Positions 1-11,130 of a stretch of 64,000 bases of DNA are shown one piece after another. Source of the stretch: a virus; the IMG/VR virus record IMGVR_UViG_3300050343_000110; one strand, 5' to 3'. Numbering within the stretch: the first letter of the stretch is position 1; every line of letters begins with the position of its first letter. The position numbers and the translations under genes are program-made. The notes beneath the pieces are model-generated. The model was not told the origin of the DNA and did no database searches. It saw only the letters and a list, made by a program, of their open reading frames with translations.

Positions 1-1
1 C

Positions 2-1999
2 TATCTAGCAGATGTTCACTTTGTTGACGGTTCGGCACTTGCTCCGACTTCTTTTGCAGAATCCTTTAATAATGTATGGGTGCCTAAGGCATACTCTGGA
101 AGTTATGGAACTAATGGATTCAAACTTGATTTTGCTGATTCAGCTGCGCCTGGAAATGATGTTTCTGGGGAGAACCATGATTGGTCAGCAACTGCTTTCA
201 CTGCAAGTGACAATTCAATTGATTCGCCTACTAACAACTTTGCAACCCTTTCTCAAATTACAATGGGATCAAGTAATTCACTGAAAATAGGCGGCCTAAC
301 TATTAATGGAGTTTATTCTGCTGACTTGTCTGGTTTTACTGGATCACAATTTCTTAATAGTGGTAAATGGTATTGGGAAGTGCGGGCAAACAGCACTGGC
401 ACATATCCATACATAGGTATTACTACACAAGAAAAGACAATGAGAACTGCGGCAAGTGGAAGTTATTATAGTATTGCTTGGAACGCCGCCGGCACTGCTG
501 TTTCAAGTGGCAGCGATATGGGAACAATCACAAAAACTAATGTTGAATCATATGGAAACGGTGATGTTATAATGATTGCAGTGGATGTGGATGCTAGAAA
601 AATTTGGTGGGGCGAAAACGGTACTTGGTCGAATAGTGGCAACCCAGCAAACGGTACTGGTGAGCGTGCCTCATGGACAGTGAATGAACCTATCACTCCA
701 TCTTTTATGGGTTATAATGGCCAAGGGGTAGGAACTAACTTTAACTTTGGTCAAGATTCTACTTTTGCTGGCAACGAAACCGTTGCAACAAATTCTGACA
801 GTAATGGCATTGGCGAATTCCATGAAACTGTACCAGCAGGCTTCCTTGCTATTTGCTCTAAAAACCTATCAGAATCATCAATCAATACAACAACTGATGA
901 TCGTCCAGAAGATTACTTCACAACAACTCTTTACGTTGGTGATAATTCTAATGATAGAACTATTACTACAGGATTCACGCCAGATTTTGTTTGGTTAAAA
1001 GCCAGAAACTCAACTAGTACTCACACCTTGTACGATTCAATTAGGGGAAATACACATTGGATTTCTACTGTCAGCAATCCGGCGCAGGTCACTAACTCTT
1101 CGTTGGGATGGGGAGATTCAGGCCCTACAACTAATGGATTTAAAGTTTATAAGGGAACAAATGCAGCTATCAATAATACTGGAACGAATATGGTTGCATG
1201 GACTTGGAAGGCCGGTGGCGCTCCAACTGCATCAAACTCTAATACGTCTGGTGCTATGACAGCAAACTCAGTTTCACTTAATGGAACACTTCAATCTTCA
1301 TACACACCATCTGGTTCACCTACTCAGTATCCAACAAAAATGTCTATAAACACAAAGGCAGGATTTAGTATTGTCGGTTGGACTGGCGCTGGGGCCATCA
1401 AAACTCTTCCTCATGGTTTGAGTTCTGCACCAGAAATGATGGTACTAAAAGGAACAGATGCTAGAGTTTGGTCAATATGGCATAAGGACTTGACAAGTGG
1501 TGCTTATTATGTAAACTTCTCATCAACTAATAATCAAAGTTCTGATAACGCTATGTTTAACAGTGCTGTTCCAGATGCCAATCTATTTACCATAGGAACT
1601 TACAATTATGTAAATACTGTACCTTACTTTGGTTACTTCTGGCATTCAGTTCCAGGCTACAGTAAAATAGGCAAGTATGTTGGTCAGAATGTTGCTAATG
1701 ATGGGCCATTTATAGAGTTGGGATTCAAGCCCGCTTGGATTATGTTAAAATCTTTGCAAGCTTCTACTCCATGGCAAATTTATGACAATAAAAGGTCTCC
1801 AGTTAATCCTGTCAATGAGGATTTGATTGCACAAGGTGATAATGCAGAACCTTATTCCACAAATTCACAGTTAGATTTTGTTGCCAACGGTTTTAAGTTG
1901 ATGGCTGGTGGTAATAATGGTTGGAACAACTATAATACTGGCACTTGGATTTACATGGCATTTGCAGAAGACCCATTTAAGTATTCCGAGGCTCGGTAA
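2..1999 (+). CDS. SPRY/concanavalin-A-like virion (tail fibre/baseplate) protein, 5'-truncated by the window
   Basis: Frame is open from position 2 (YLADVHFVDG...). Has the SGKWYWEV and GDVIMIAVDVDARKIWWG SPRY-like segment, GFxPxxV/IxxK repeats and C-terminal YMAFAE typical of marine phage structural proteins. Confidence 0.7.
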   Translation, partial: YLADVHFVDGSALAPTSFAESFNNVWVPKAYSGSYGTNGFKLDFADSAAPGNDVSGENHDWSATAFTASDNSIDSPTNNFATLSQITMGSSNSLKIGGLTINGVYSADLSGFTGSQFLNSGKWYWEVRANSTGTYPYIGITTQEKTMRTAASGSYYSIAWNAAGTAVSSGSDMGTITKTNVESYGNGDVIMIAVDVDARKIWWGENGTWSNSGNPANGTGERASWTVNEPITPSFMGYNGQGVGTNFNFGQDSTFAGNETVATNSDSNGIGEFHETVPAGFLAICSKNLSESSINTTTDDRPEDYFTTTLYVGDNSNDRTITTGFTPDFVWLKARNSTSTHTLYDSIRGNTHWISTVSNPAQVTNSSLGWGDSGPTTNGFKVYKGTNAAINNTGTNMVAWTWKAGGAPTASNSNTSGAMTANSVSLNGTLQSSYTPSGSPTQYPTKMSINTKAGFSIVGWTGAGAIKTLPHGLSSAPEMMVLKGTDARVWSIWHKDLTSGAYYVNFSSTNNQSSDNAMFNSAVPDANLFTIGTYNYVNTVPYFGYFWHSVPGYSKIGKYVGQNVANDGPFIELGFKPAWIMLKSLQASTPWQIYDNKRSPVNPVNEDLIAQGDNAEPYSTNSQLDFVANGFKLMAGGNNGWNNYNTGTWIYMAFAEDPFKYSEAR

Positions 2000-2028
2000 A
2001 ATTATATAAACATCTAATACACAATCCT

Positions 2029-2036
2029 TATAAATA
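2029..2036 (+). promoter_or_regulatory. T4-type late promoter TATAAATA
   Basis: Exact gp55 consensus upstream of structural genes. Confidence 0.75.
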
Positions 2037-2057
2037 GAACAAAGGAGACTGTGTTCG

Positions 2058-2393
2058 ATGGCAACTATTTCTAATTTATTTATTGACCAAGACGCTGACT
2101 TCACCACAACGGTGACAGTCAACGATTCTACTGGTACTCCACTTGACTTGACAAATTTTACTGCACTTGCAATGTTACGAAAATCGTATCAATCATCAAC
2201 TGCAACTACATTTACTTCTGCATTCGTTTCTCCACGAACCACAGGACAAATCACAATTTCACTAACAGACACGCAAACCTCTGCTCTTGAATCTGGACGT
2301 TACGTTTATGACTTAGTTATAACCGATGCATCTGGTAATAAGACAAGGGTGGTAGAAGGTATTGCAACTGTAAACCCAAGCGTATCAAGGTAG
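2058..2393 (+). CDS. small virion structural protein (BppU-like Ig fold)
   Basis: NLFIDQDADF...GRYVYDL...RVVEGIATVNPSV pattern common in T4-like marine phages; AAGGAG RBS. Confidence 0.6.
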   Translation: MATISNLFIDQDADFTTTVTVNDSTGTPLDLTNFTALAMLRKSYQSSTATTFTSAFVSPRTTGQITISLTDTQTSALESGRYVYDLVITDASGNKTRVVEGIATVNPSVSR

Positions 2394-2397
2394 AACT

Positions 2398-2685
2398 ATG
2401 GCAATCACAGCAACAGTAAATACAACAAGAAGTGTAGTGGGTTCGGTATCGCAAGGTAATCAACCTCAAGTAACTCGTGTAACAGTGCCAGGCCCCAAAG
2501 GGGATACTGGACTTGCTGGTTCTGCACAGAATCAGATATCAGCAGCATCTGATGTAGACATTACATCATTTCCTCTGCAAGATGGTTCTCTATTACAATA
2601 CAGACAATCGACTGGTAAGTGGACTGCAAGAAATGAACTCGATACAACTTCTGGAAACCTCGTGCTGAGTGGTGGAAGTTTTTAA
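2398..2685 (+). CDS. small structural protein
   Basis: GPKGDTG collagen-like motif; C-terminal GGSF. Confidence 0.5.
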   Translation: MAITATVNTTRSVVGSVSQGNQPQVTRVTVPGPKGDTGLAGSAQNQISAASDVDITSFPLQDGSLLQYRQSTGKWTARNELDTTSGNLVLSGGSF

Positions 2686-2704
2686 CTAATAGGAAGAAAG
2701 TAAA

Positions 2705-4297
2705 ATGGCACTAACATTACAAATTAAAAGGTCTACTGGTAGTACCGCTCCATCGGCTCTTGCTGATGGTGAACTCGCCTATACCCACGGTAACGATGTA
2801 TTATATATTGGTGATGGGTCTACAGTAGAAGTTATCGGAGGTAAATCCTTTAACGATAAAATTGATCACACTGCTGGTACACTAACTGCTAGTTCTGCTG
2901 TCCTTGTTGATAGTAACAAGGCAGTTGATGAGATGTTTGTTGGTAATCATGCAACAACAGGTGGACAGATTAAACTCAATGAAGGTACTAACAACGGCAC
3001 ACACTTTGTTGGACTGAAAGCACCTAACGCACTTGGGGGTAACGTAACATTTACACTACCGACTGCTGATGGAAGTGCAAACGAATTTCTTAAAACAAAC
3101 GGTTCTGGTGCATTGTCATTTGGTGCAATATCAAGTTCATTTACACTTGCAGCCGATAGTGGTTCTAACGATACATTTAATACCAGTGAGACACTTACAT
3201 TTACTGGTGGAACAGGTATTGACACAACAGTATCAAACAATGAAATTTCATATGCAATTGATTCAACTGTCGCAACCCTAGCAGGTTCACAGACATTAAC
3301 AAACAAGACACTAACTGCTCCAGTAGTTGAAGGTGGTACGATTGGTAATTCAACAGCAGTAACAATCGCAAAAATTGATAATATTACTATTGATGCAAAC
3401 ACAATTTCAACAACTAACTCAAATGGTAACTTGGTTATCTCACCAAACGGAACAGGTTCAATCACAGTTCCTTCAGGTTATGAGGGAAGAGCTGGATTTG
3501 GTGATGACTCACTTGTAAACAAATCATATGTTGACGCAGTTGCAAACGGACTTGATGTTAAAGCATCTGTAAAAGTTGCAACCACAGCAAACCTTTCTGG
3601 TACATATAATAATGGTAACGGAACAATTACTGCTGGTTCAAACGGTGCAATCTCAGTTGACGGTGTAACTCTCTCAGTAAATGATAGAGTTCTTGTTAAA
3701 GACCAGACAACACAAACACAAAACGGTTTCTATAAAGTTACTACAACTGGTTCTGGTTCTGCTGCATTTGTTCTTACAAGAACACCAGATGCAGATGCAG
3801 CCTCTGAACTAACAGGTGGTGCATTTACATTTGTTGAAGAGGGTACTGCAAACGCAGACAACGGTTTTGTTCTGACTACAAACGGAACACCAACACTTGG
3901 AACAACTAACATTACCTTTGAACAATTCTCTGGAGCCGGACAAATTTCTGCTGGCGCTGGTTTGACTAAAACTGGTAACACAATTGATGTTGTAGGAACA
4001 GCAGACAAGATTACTGTATCTGCAAACGCTCTTACAATCGCATCAACTTATGTTGGCCAGTCATCTATTACTACTTTAGGCACTATCTCAACTGGTGTTT
4101 GGAATGGCACTGCAATTGCAGCGACTTCTGGTGGTACTGGACTTTCCAGTATAGCAAAAGGTTCTGTACTTGTGGCGAACTCTGCCAATACTTTGTCTGC
4201 ACTTGATGGTGGCGGTTCTAATGATGGAGTGTTGTTTTATACATCATCTTCTGATACACTTTCTTTTGCAACGAGTATTGACGGCGGCACATTCTAA
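2705..4297 (+). CDS. tail fibre-like protein
   Basis: N-terminal QIKRS...LADGELAY adaptor; LDVKASVKVATTANL domain; Gly/Thr/Ser-rich; ends in DGGTF. Confidence 0.7.
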   Translation: MALTLQIKRSTGSTAPSALADGELAYTHGNDVLYIGDGSTVEVIGGKSFNDKIDHTAGTLTASSAVLVDSNKAVDEMFVGNHATTGGQIKLNEGTNNGTHFVGLKAPNALGGNVTFTLPTADGSANEFLKTNGSGALSFGAISSSFTLAADSGSNDTFNTSETLTFTGGTGIDTTVSNNEISYAIDSTVATLAGSQTLTNKTLTAPVVEGGTIGNSTAVTIAKIDNITIDANTISTTNSNGNLVISPNGTGSITVPSGYEGRAGFGDDSLVNKSYVDAVANGLDVKASVKVATTANLSGTYNNGNGTITAGSNGAISVDGVTLSVNDRVLVKDQTTQTQNGFYKVTTTGSGSAAFVLTRTPDADAASELTGGAFTFVEEGTANADNGFVLTTNGTPTLGTTNITFEQFSGAGQISAGAGLTKTGNTIDVVGTADKITVSANALTIASTYVGQSSITTLGTISTGVWNGTAIAATSGGTGLSSIAKGSVLVANSANTLSALDGGGSNDGVLFYTSSSDTLSFATSIDGGTF

Positions 4298-4321
4298 TAA
4301 GTAGTCATGTAGGAGTGCCTC

Positions 4322-5965
4322 ATGGCTGTGGATTTAAAACTTAAAAGGTCGCATACCCACTCTACAATACCATCTACTTCGGATTTGGTAGAGGGTGAGT
4401 TTGCAGTCAATACATATGACGGTAAAATGTATATGCGTGATGGCAGTAACAATGTTGTTACTGTTGGAAACCATTATGCAACTGATTATGAATCTTCCAC
4501 AAAAACTTTCTATATAACTGTTGCATCCTCAACTTCTGCTCACGTTCATAACGGTAGTGGTTCTAGTAGTAAGTATAAAGTTAATGGTGTCTTTTCACCC
4601 TATCTAAAACTTATCCCTGGCATCACATACAAGTTTGATCAAGCAGATAGTAGTAATGCTAACCACCCATTTAGATTCTATTTGGATGAAGGCAAAGGCA
4701 CTGCATATACAACAGGCGTAACAACTAATGGAACTGCTGGTTCTGCTGGTGCATACACACAGATTGTTGTAACACACTCAACCCCTGCTGTTCTTCATTA
4801 TCAATGTTCTGCACACTCTCTTATGGGATGGGCAGCGTTTGTGCATACGGATAACCTAACTGCATTTGATACTGGTGACTTGACAGAAGGTTCTAATCTT
4901 TACTTCACTAACGCACGAGCAGACGCACGAGTAAATGCAGTATTACCAAACACTGATAGTCTTACAGAAGGCTCTAGTAACCTTTATTACACTGATGCAA
5001 GAGCGCAAGCAGTTTCTATCAACAATGTCGTAGAAGATACTTCGCCTCAACTTGGAGGCGCTCTTGACTTAAACTCACAAAATATTACTGGTACTGGTAA
5101 CATTTCTACCACTGGTGATTTAACACTTACATCCACTGATACTGGTTCAAGTGCAGAACCCTATAATTAGTTTGGTTCGTGATAGTTCAAGTCCTGCTGA
5201 TGCAGACTATCTTGGTCAAATTAAATTTTTAGGTGACGATGACGGTGGTAGTCAACACGTTTATGCAAAGATAACTGGTAAAATTGCTGATGCATCTGCT
5301 GGCACAGAAGATGGTATTATTGAAATTGCAAATGTTAAGGCTGGTACAAATACTATTACTGCAAGATTTACGTCATCTCTTCTAAAGTTGTTGAACGGTA
5401 CAGGGTTGACGGTTGATGGTAATACGACACTATCTGGTACACTAAACGGACATACAATTCCTGGCGGTTCTGGTACACTTGCATTGACAAGTGATATTGG
5501 GGTTCTACAGACTTATCTGCCGATTCAACTCCTCAACTTGGAGGCGACTTGGATGTAGTCACACACGGAATTGTTTCCACCTCAAATAGAAACATTGCAA
5601 TTACACCAAACGGTTCTGGTAAAGTTATCATTGATGGACTATCACATCCTGTCGCAGACGGTAACGCAGGCCAAGTTTTAAAGACAGATGGTTCTGGTAA
5701 TCTTGCATTTGCTTCAGTTGGTTCACTTGCTGGTTCTGGTATTCAAAATGTATCAGATGATAGTTCTCCTCAACTTGGAGGCAACTTAGATGTTGTGACA
5801 CATAGTATTATATCAACATCCAATAGAGATATCAACCTTACACCGAATGGTTCTGGTAAAGTTGTTGTGAGTTCAACTGGTATTGAGTTTAGTGATGGTT
5901 CAGTTCAGACTGCCGCTGGTGCCGATCAAGGATTTGCAATCGCCATGGGCATTGCACTTGGGTAG
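4322..5965 (+). CDS. fibre-like virion protein with a cupredoxin-like motif and internal repeats (split into 3 ORFs by indels)
   Basis: KLKRS...LVEGEFAVN adaptor; DxxPQLGGxLD repeats continue across ORFs 4322-5170, 5151-5558 and 5549-5965; ends with AIAMGIALG. Confidence 0.65.
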
Positions 5966-5973
5966 TATAAATA
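5966..5973 (+). promoter_or_regulatory. T4-type late promoter TATAAATA
   Basis: Exact consensus upstream of gp13. Confidence 0.75.
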
Positions 5974-5992
5974 CTATAAAAGGATAAATTAA

Positions 5993-6809
5993 ATGGCAAT
6001 ACCTACAACAAGAACAGATTTTAAAGAGTGGTGTCTCAGGAGTCTAGGTAAGCCTGTAATCGAAATTAATGTCGATCCCAGATCAGGTAGAAGATAGAAT
6101 AGACGAAGCTTTACAATACTTTGCACAATATCACTATGATGGTGTAGAAAGAGTATACCTAAAATACCAAATTACACAGGCAGACATCACTCGTTCTAGA
6201 AGTGATAATAGTCTTGCACAGGTTACGGATGTTGATTCGTCAACAACAGCAGTCTGGAAAGAACAGAAGAACTATATTCCTGTTCCAAGTTCTGTTATGT
6301 CTATTGTCAAGGTATTCCCTATGACAGACAAAGCATCACTGAATATGTTTGATGTTAGATATCAGTTGAGACTAAATGACTTATATGATTTTAGTTCAAC
6401 TTCTTTGATACATTACGAAATGACAATGCAACACTTAGATTTCTTGGATCATATTCTTATCGGTGAGACTGCAATACGTCACAACCAACATCAAAACAGA
6501 TTGTATCTGGATGCTGATTTTCAAACAGACTTTGTTGATGGAGATTACATCATCATTGAATGTTATCGTGCAATTGATCCTGCTACATATTCTGATGTTT
6601 ACAACGATATCTTTTTGAAGAAGTACACGACACAACTTATCAAGAAACAATGGGGTGCAAACCTTTCCAAGTTCCAAGGTATTCAGATGTTGGGTGGAGT
6701 TGCTCTTAATGGTGAACAGATTTACACGCAGGCTCAAGAAGAGATTGATAAATTGGAAGAACAGATTCAACTTGCATACGAACTGCCTCCAATGCATATG
6801 ATAGGGTAA
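5993..6809 (+). CDS. gp13: neck protein gp13 (indel near 6078)
   Basis: MAIPTTRTDFKEWCLRSLGKPVIEINVD then QVEDRIDEALQYF; KQWGANLSKF. Confidence 0.92.
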
Positions 6810-6812
6810 GTT

Positions 6813-7571
6813 ATGCCAACAAACGTATATTTTGATACAGGTACGAAACCAGAACAAGCGCTCTATGAAGATTTGATGATAGAGCAATTGCGTATCTACG
6901 GGCAGGATGTTTATTACATTCCTCGTAAGATGGCTGGTACTGATACTATTTGGCAAGAAGATATTAGTTCTTCTTTTGAATCTTCATATCTTATTGAAAT
7001 GTACATGGAGAACTTAGATGGGTATGAGGGTGAAAAAGAACTCATGTCTAAGTTTGGTTTAGATATACAAGACGATGCAACATTCATTGTTGCAAGAAGA
7101 AGGTGGGAACAATTTGTTTCGATAGATAATAATGTAATTGTTTCATCACGACCGAATGAGGGAGACTTGGTTTATTTTCCAAAAGGAAACAAACTATTTG
7201 AAATCACATTTGTAGACCATGATGATCCATTCTATCAGGTACAGAATCTACCTACATATAAGCTCAAATGCAAAACTTTTGAATATGCATCTGAGGTTAT
7301 CGACACAGGTATTGCAGAAATTGATGCCATTGATGCTGACAATTCTTTGGATATGATGCAACACCAAATTACTTTGGAAACCGCTACTGGTACTGGTTCA
7401 CTAATTTTAGAGAATATAGTAGAGAGTGCTGCGGCGTCCTATATAATACTAGAAACTTATAATATCGCACTGATTGATGAGAATTCACAAAATGATGACT
7501 TTGAACTTGCAGATGACAATATATTAGACTTCACTGAATCTAATCCATTCGGTGATGCTGGGATGAAATAA
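6813..7571 (+). CDS. gp14: neck protein gp14
   Basis: GQDVYYIPR, SKFGL, RPNEGDLVYFP; synteny. Confidence 0.92.
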   Translation: MPTNVYFDTGTKPEQALYEDLMIEQLRIYGQDVYYIPRKMAGTDTIWQEDISSSFESSYLIEMYMENLDGYEGEKELMSKFGLDIQDDATFIVARRRWEQFVSIDNNVIVSSRPNEGDLVYFPKGNKLFEITFVDHDDPFYQVQNLPTYKLKCKTFEYASEVIDTGIAEIDAIDADNSLDMMQHQITLETATGTGSLILENIVESAAASYIILETYNIALIDENSQNDDFELADDNILDFTESNPFGDAGMK

Positions 7572-7573
7572 CT

Positions 7574-8395
7574 ATGATTGGACAATATTTTTATAATCAA
7601 TCCACACGAAATGTTGTGGTAGCATTTGGTACTCTTTTCAACAATATTCAGTTGACAAAGAAAGATGCGAGCGGCGCTACTATTCAGGCAATGAAAGTTC
7701 CTCTTGCGTATGGGCCTAAACAAAAGTGGTTGGCAAGACTGACTGAAGACCCCAACCTTGCAAAAAAGGTTGCAGTAACTTTACCTCGTATTGGTTTTGA
7801 GATTTCTGGTATAACATATGATGCGACTAGAAAACAAAACAAAGTAATTAAGGTGAAGAAGGTTGCAGACGGAGCTGACAACGAACAAGTGAAATCAGGA
7901 TTTATGCCTGTTCCATATAACGTGGAGTTTGAACTGTTTATCATGTCAAAGAGTTCAGATGATGCACTACAAATTGTAGAACAGATTCTTCCATACTTTC
8001 AACCAGAGTACACAGTAACTTTAAGAGAGAGCCCAGACTTGGATATCATTCGTGATGTTCCAATCGTACTCAATAGTATCTCATATGAAGATGACTATGA
8101 GGGTGACTTTACAAGTAGAAGGAGTGTTATCTACACTTTGTCTTTTACTGCAAAGTACTACTTGTACGGCCCAGTAACATCGCAAAATGTTATTCGTACT
8201 GTACAGGTTGACCAGTATGCGAATATGCCTGTCAATGCACCTTCAAGAGAACAAAGATATACTGTTACACCGAATCCATCTAATTCTACAGCAACAGAGT
8301 TTGACCCTGATGATGATAACTTTGGATTTAATGAAACATCATCTTTCTTTGAAGATGCGAAAACTTATGACCCTAAGACGGACACAGACGTATAA
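7574..8395 (+). CDS. gp15: tail sheath stabiliser/terminator gp15
   Basis: FGTLFNNI, KVPLAYGPKQK, QIVEQILPYFQP. Confidence 0.93.
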   Translation: MIGQYFYNQSTRNVVVAFGTLFNNIQLTKKDASGATIQAMKVPLAYGPKQKWLARLTEDPNLAKKVAVTLPRIGFEISGITYDATRKQNKVIKVKKVADGADNEQVKSGFMPVPYNVEFELFIMSKSSDDALQIVEQILPYFQPEYTVTLRESPDLDIIRDVPIVLNSISYEDDYEGDFTSRRSVIYTLSFTAKYYLYGPVTSQNVIRTVQVDQYANMPVNAPSREQRYTVTPNPSNSTATEFDPDDDNFGFNETSSFFEDAKTYDPKTDTDV

Positions 8396-8398
8396 ATA
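8391..8398 (+). promoter_or_regulatory. T4-type late promoter TATAAATA
   Basis: Exact consensus upstream of the fibre-tip cassette. Confidence 0.7.
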
Positions 8399-8422
8399 GT
8401 AAAAAGAAATTAGGATAAACAA

Positions 8423-8939
8423 ATGGCAAGCATTCTAAAAGTAAATGAAATTCAACACACTGGTGGCACTACAGCGGCAACTATTGATAGTAGTGGGCGT
8501 ATTTTGACACCAGCTAGACCTTTATTTATGGCGCCTGGAAATGCCAGTGGTTATCAAAACACCAGTGCTAGTAACACTATAATTTCCGATTGGAACACAA
8601 GTGACTCAACTATTTCTATTATGCAAGGCGGTATGTCTTTCGGTTCTTCAGGTGTGACTGTACCAATAGCGGGGATTTATGAAGTTTTTAGTTCGGTTAT
8701 ATTTAAAGTAGAAAATGCAGAGTATGGACTACTTATGATTTATAAAGGCAATGACGCGTATAACACTTAGCCAAAGCTATAACATAACAACAGGCGTAAC
8801 CACTGAAAACAGTGTTGTAACTAAAGCTTTTGTAAATTGTGCAGCAGGAGATGTTTTAAGTATTAGAGAGCAGGGGCAAAACGCACAGTGGTATAATGCT
8901 GGTACATACTCAACATTTAGCGTTCAACTAATAGGATAG
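8423..8939 (+). CDS. short fibre-tip protein with C1q/TNF-like head (indel near 8765)
   Basis: MASILKVNEIQ adaptor; VPIAGIYEV; ends FSVQLIG. Confidence 0.55.
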
Positions 8940-8943
8940 AAAA

Positions 8944-9291
8944 ATGGCAATTAGAAAAATCGGAACAAGAGCAATCGGAGTTGACGTTATTCTCGCAGAG
9001 GATATTGCTGCAAACGCAATCACAACTTCTGAAATCCAAGACGGTGCAGTAACCGCTGCAAAAATCAACAGTGGGGTTACTTTGGGTGTTGGTGCATTCT
9101 TCGGAGACAACGCATCGGGCGCTTTGCGTGGTGACACGACAAACGGTAAAAAAGATATTTTCAGAGTTCACGAACAAGAATTAAACACAAACGTAACAAT
9201 ACCATCAACGGACAATGCTCTTGCAGCAGGCCCGTTGTCAATCGCAAACAATATCACTCTCACTGTTAGTGGTAACTTGACAATCGTATAG
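8944..9291 (+). CDS. fibre adaptor protein
   Basis: IQDGAVTAAKI repeat; C-terminal NALAAGPLSIANNITLTV resembles the C-terminus of 11131-11547. Confidence 0.55.
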   Translation: MAIRKIGTRAIGVDVILAEDIAANAITTSEIQDGAVTAAKINSGVTLGVGAFFGDNASGALRGDTTNGKKDIFRVHEQELNTNVTIPSTDNALAAGPLSIANNITLTVSGNLTIV

Positions 9292-9301
9292 GGGATAGAG
9301 A

Positions 9302-9808
9302 ATGGCATCAACATTAACAGTAGATAACATCGTAGGAGCAACCACGGCTGCAAATGTTAAGTTGCCCGCTGGTTATGTGATTCAAACGCAGTATGCTCAA
9401 TCTATGGCGCAAGTTACTTCAACTATTACTACTCTTAATAATCCAACTGAAAGTGGTTTGAATGTAATTATTACACCAAAATATAATACTAGTAAAATAC
9501 TTCTTATGATGTCAATATCACTTAGAGGTGATGGTAGTAATGCTTATGTGAATGCATTAATCAAAAGAAATACCACATTGATTGATTTGCTGGGTGGTTC
9601 TCAGACTAATGATGGGGTGATGGATTATGCGATTAATTTTACTGGTGGAAGGTTTCACGGTCAATTTTTAGATTCGCCAGCAACTACCAGTGCAACAACT
9701 TATAAGTTTTGTTTTACAAGATACGGTGGTTCTGGAACTGCATATTTTAACAATAGTGGTTCTAATTTATCATTCAGTTCAATGGTTGCTATGGAGATTG
9801 CACAATGA
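9302..9808 (+). CDS. short fibre-tip protein
   Basis: MASTLTVDNI; ITPKYNTSKIL, LDSPATTSATTYK, MEIAQ family motifs. Confidence 0.55.
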   Translation: MASTLTVDNIVGATTAANVKLPAGYVIQTQYAQSMAQVTSTITTLNNPTESGLNVIITPKYNTSKILLMMSISLRGDGSNAYVNALIKRNTTLIDLLGGSQTNDGVMDYAINFTGGRFHGQFLDSPATTSATTYKFCFTRYGGSGTAYFNNSGSNLSFSSMVAMEIAQ

Positions 9809-10300
9809 GTACATTAAATGTAAACACAATTGCAAATTTAACTGGCACTACAGCGGCAACTATTGATAGTGCTGGTCGTATTCTTCAACCATTAAAACCA
9901 CATATATTTTGCCAAGGAAACAACAACAATTGGGTAACACATACAGCAAATGATGCAATGACTTGGCTAACTGTTCAGTATAGTAGTGGTATGGCCTTTA
10001 CCTCTAGCAGTGGAAATTTTAGTGTTCAAGTTGCTGGCGTTTATTTTGTTACAGGTAGCATTTATGCAACTGGAGCAGGTTCTAAAAGATTATCGTTGAT
10101 GGCTGGCACGAATAGTGGCACACTAATAGCAAACGGACACAATGACGCCCTACCAACTCTGATGATGGTACTATAACGGTATCTGCAATTGTGAATTTAG
10201 CTTCTTCTGATACTTTTAAGTTTGTGTTACCGTATGCACACCAAGTTTACCAAGGCAACGCACATTGCTATGCCTCTGCATATTTAATTAATTAGGATAA
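9805..10300 (+). CDS. short fibre-tip protein with C1q-like head (indels near the 3' end)
   Basis: Paralogue of the 8423 gene (TAATIDSxGRILxP); FSVQVAGVYFV. Confidence 0.55.
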
Positions 10301-10305
10301 AAAAG

Positions 10306-10698
10306 ATGGCAGACGTAACACAAGCACTACACGAATTAGGAATTACAGAATGGGTTCTCACAGGGAGACGTCCAACAAGTGAATCAGAGTTCGCATCAAT
10401 GTTTAGAATATCTATCGGAGCAACAGACGATGGTTCTTCAATCCTATCGGACAACTCGGTAGATTGGCCTGAAGGTTTGACATGGGATGCAGTAGAAACT
10501 AAACTTAAAGAACTTAATGATGCAGAACCTTTAAAGTTCCTCAGAGAAGAAAGAAACCGTAAACTTGCAGAAACGGATTGGTGGGCAAGTTCAGACTTGA
10601 CTATGACAGAGGAACAAACTGCTTACAGACAAGCGCTTCGTGATATTACAGAGGACTACAGTTCTTTGGATGATGTCGAATGGCCAGACAAACCATAG
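10306..10698 (+). CDS. tail fibre assembly chaperone-like protein
   Basis: LREERNRKLAETDWW...YRQALRDIT...WPDKP motif. Confidence 0.75.
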   Translation: MADVTQALHELGITEWVLTGRRPTSESEFASMFRISIGATDDGSSILSDNSVDWPEGLTWDAVETKLKELNDAEPLKFLREERNRKLAETDWWASSDLTMTEEQTAYRQALRDITEDYSSLDDVEWPDKP

Positions 10699-10705
10699 GT
10701 ATGAA

Positions 10706-11128
10706 ATGTCAAACCAAACTGATATTCTAGATAATGTACTTGGTATTACAGATGTAGTAGAGAATACAACAAAAGACGTAACACCAACCAAACCAGTTCT
10801 TGTTCCGGCAACAACTGGTACTGAAGCAGATATAGATAATGATTATAAATATCAGAGAGAAAACTTTTACAATCTGATAGAAAGAGGACAGGATGCAATT
10901 GATGGCATACTCTAGAACCTTGCAAGAGAAGGTCAGAACATCCTCGTAGTTATGAAGTGGCTGGAAACTTAATAAAACAGGTTGCAGAGGTAACGGAAAA
11001 ACTTGGCGACTTACAGGACTAAGATGAAGAAACTCAAAGAAGTTCCTAACTCTGCCCCACAGAATGTAACAAATGCATTGTTTGTTGGTTCTACTGCTGA
11101 ACTGCAAAAAATGTTAAAAGGAAAATAG
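10706..11128 (+). CDS. gp16: terminase small subunit gp16 (several indels)
   Basis: DYKYQRENFYNLIERGQDAIDGIL...HPRSYEVAG...NVTNALFVGSTAELQKML read across frames. Confidence 0.85.
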
Positions 11129-11130
11129 AT

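Noticed and set aside
4860-5870. Repeats as a CRISPR array or DGR template/variable repeat
   Set aside because: They are degenerate in-frame protein repeats (DxxPQLGGxLD, LTEGSxNLY); there is no regular spacer pattern, no adenine-specific divergence was evident, and no reverse transcriptase is in the window.
8751-10915. Stop-codon reassignment (TAG readthrough) suggested by premature TAGs near 8768 and 10913
   Set aside because: The continuation is in a different frame, and TAG terminates many intact genes normally.
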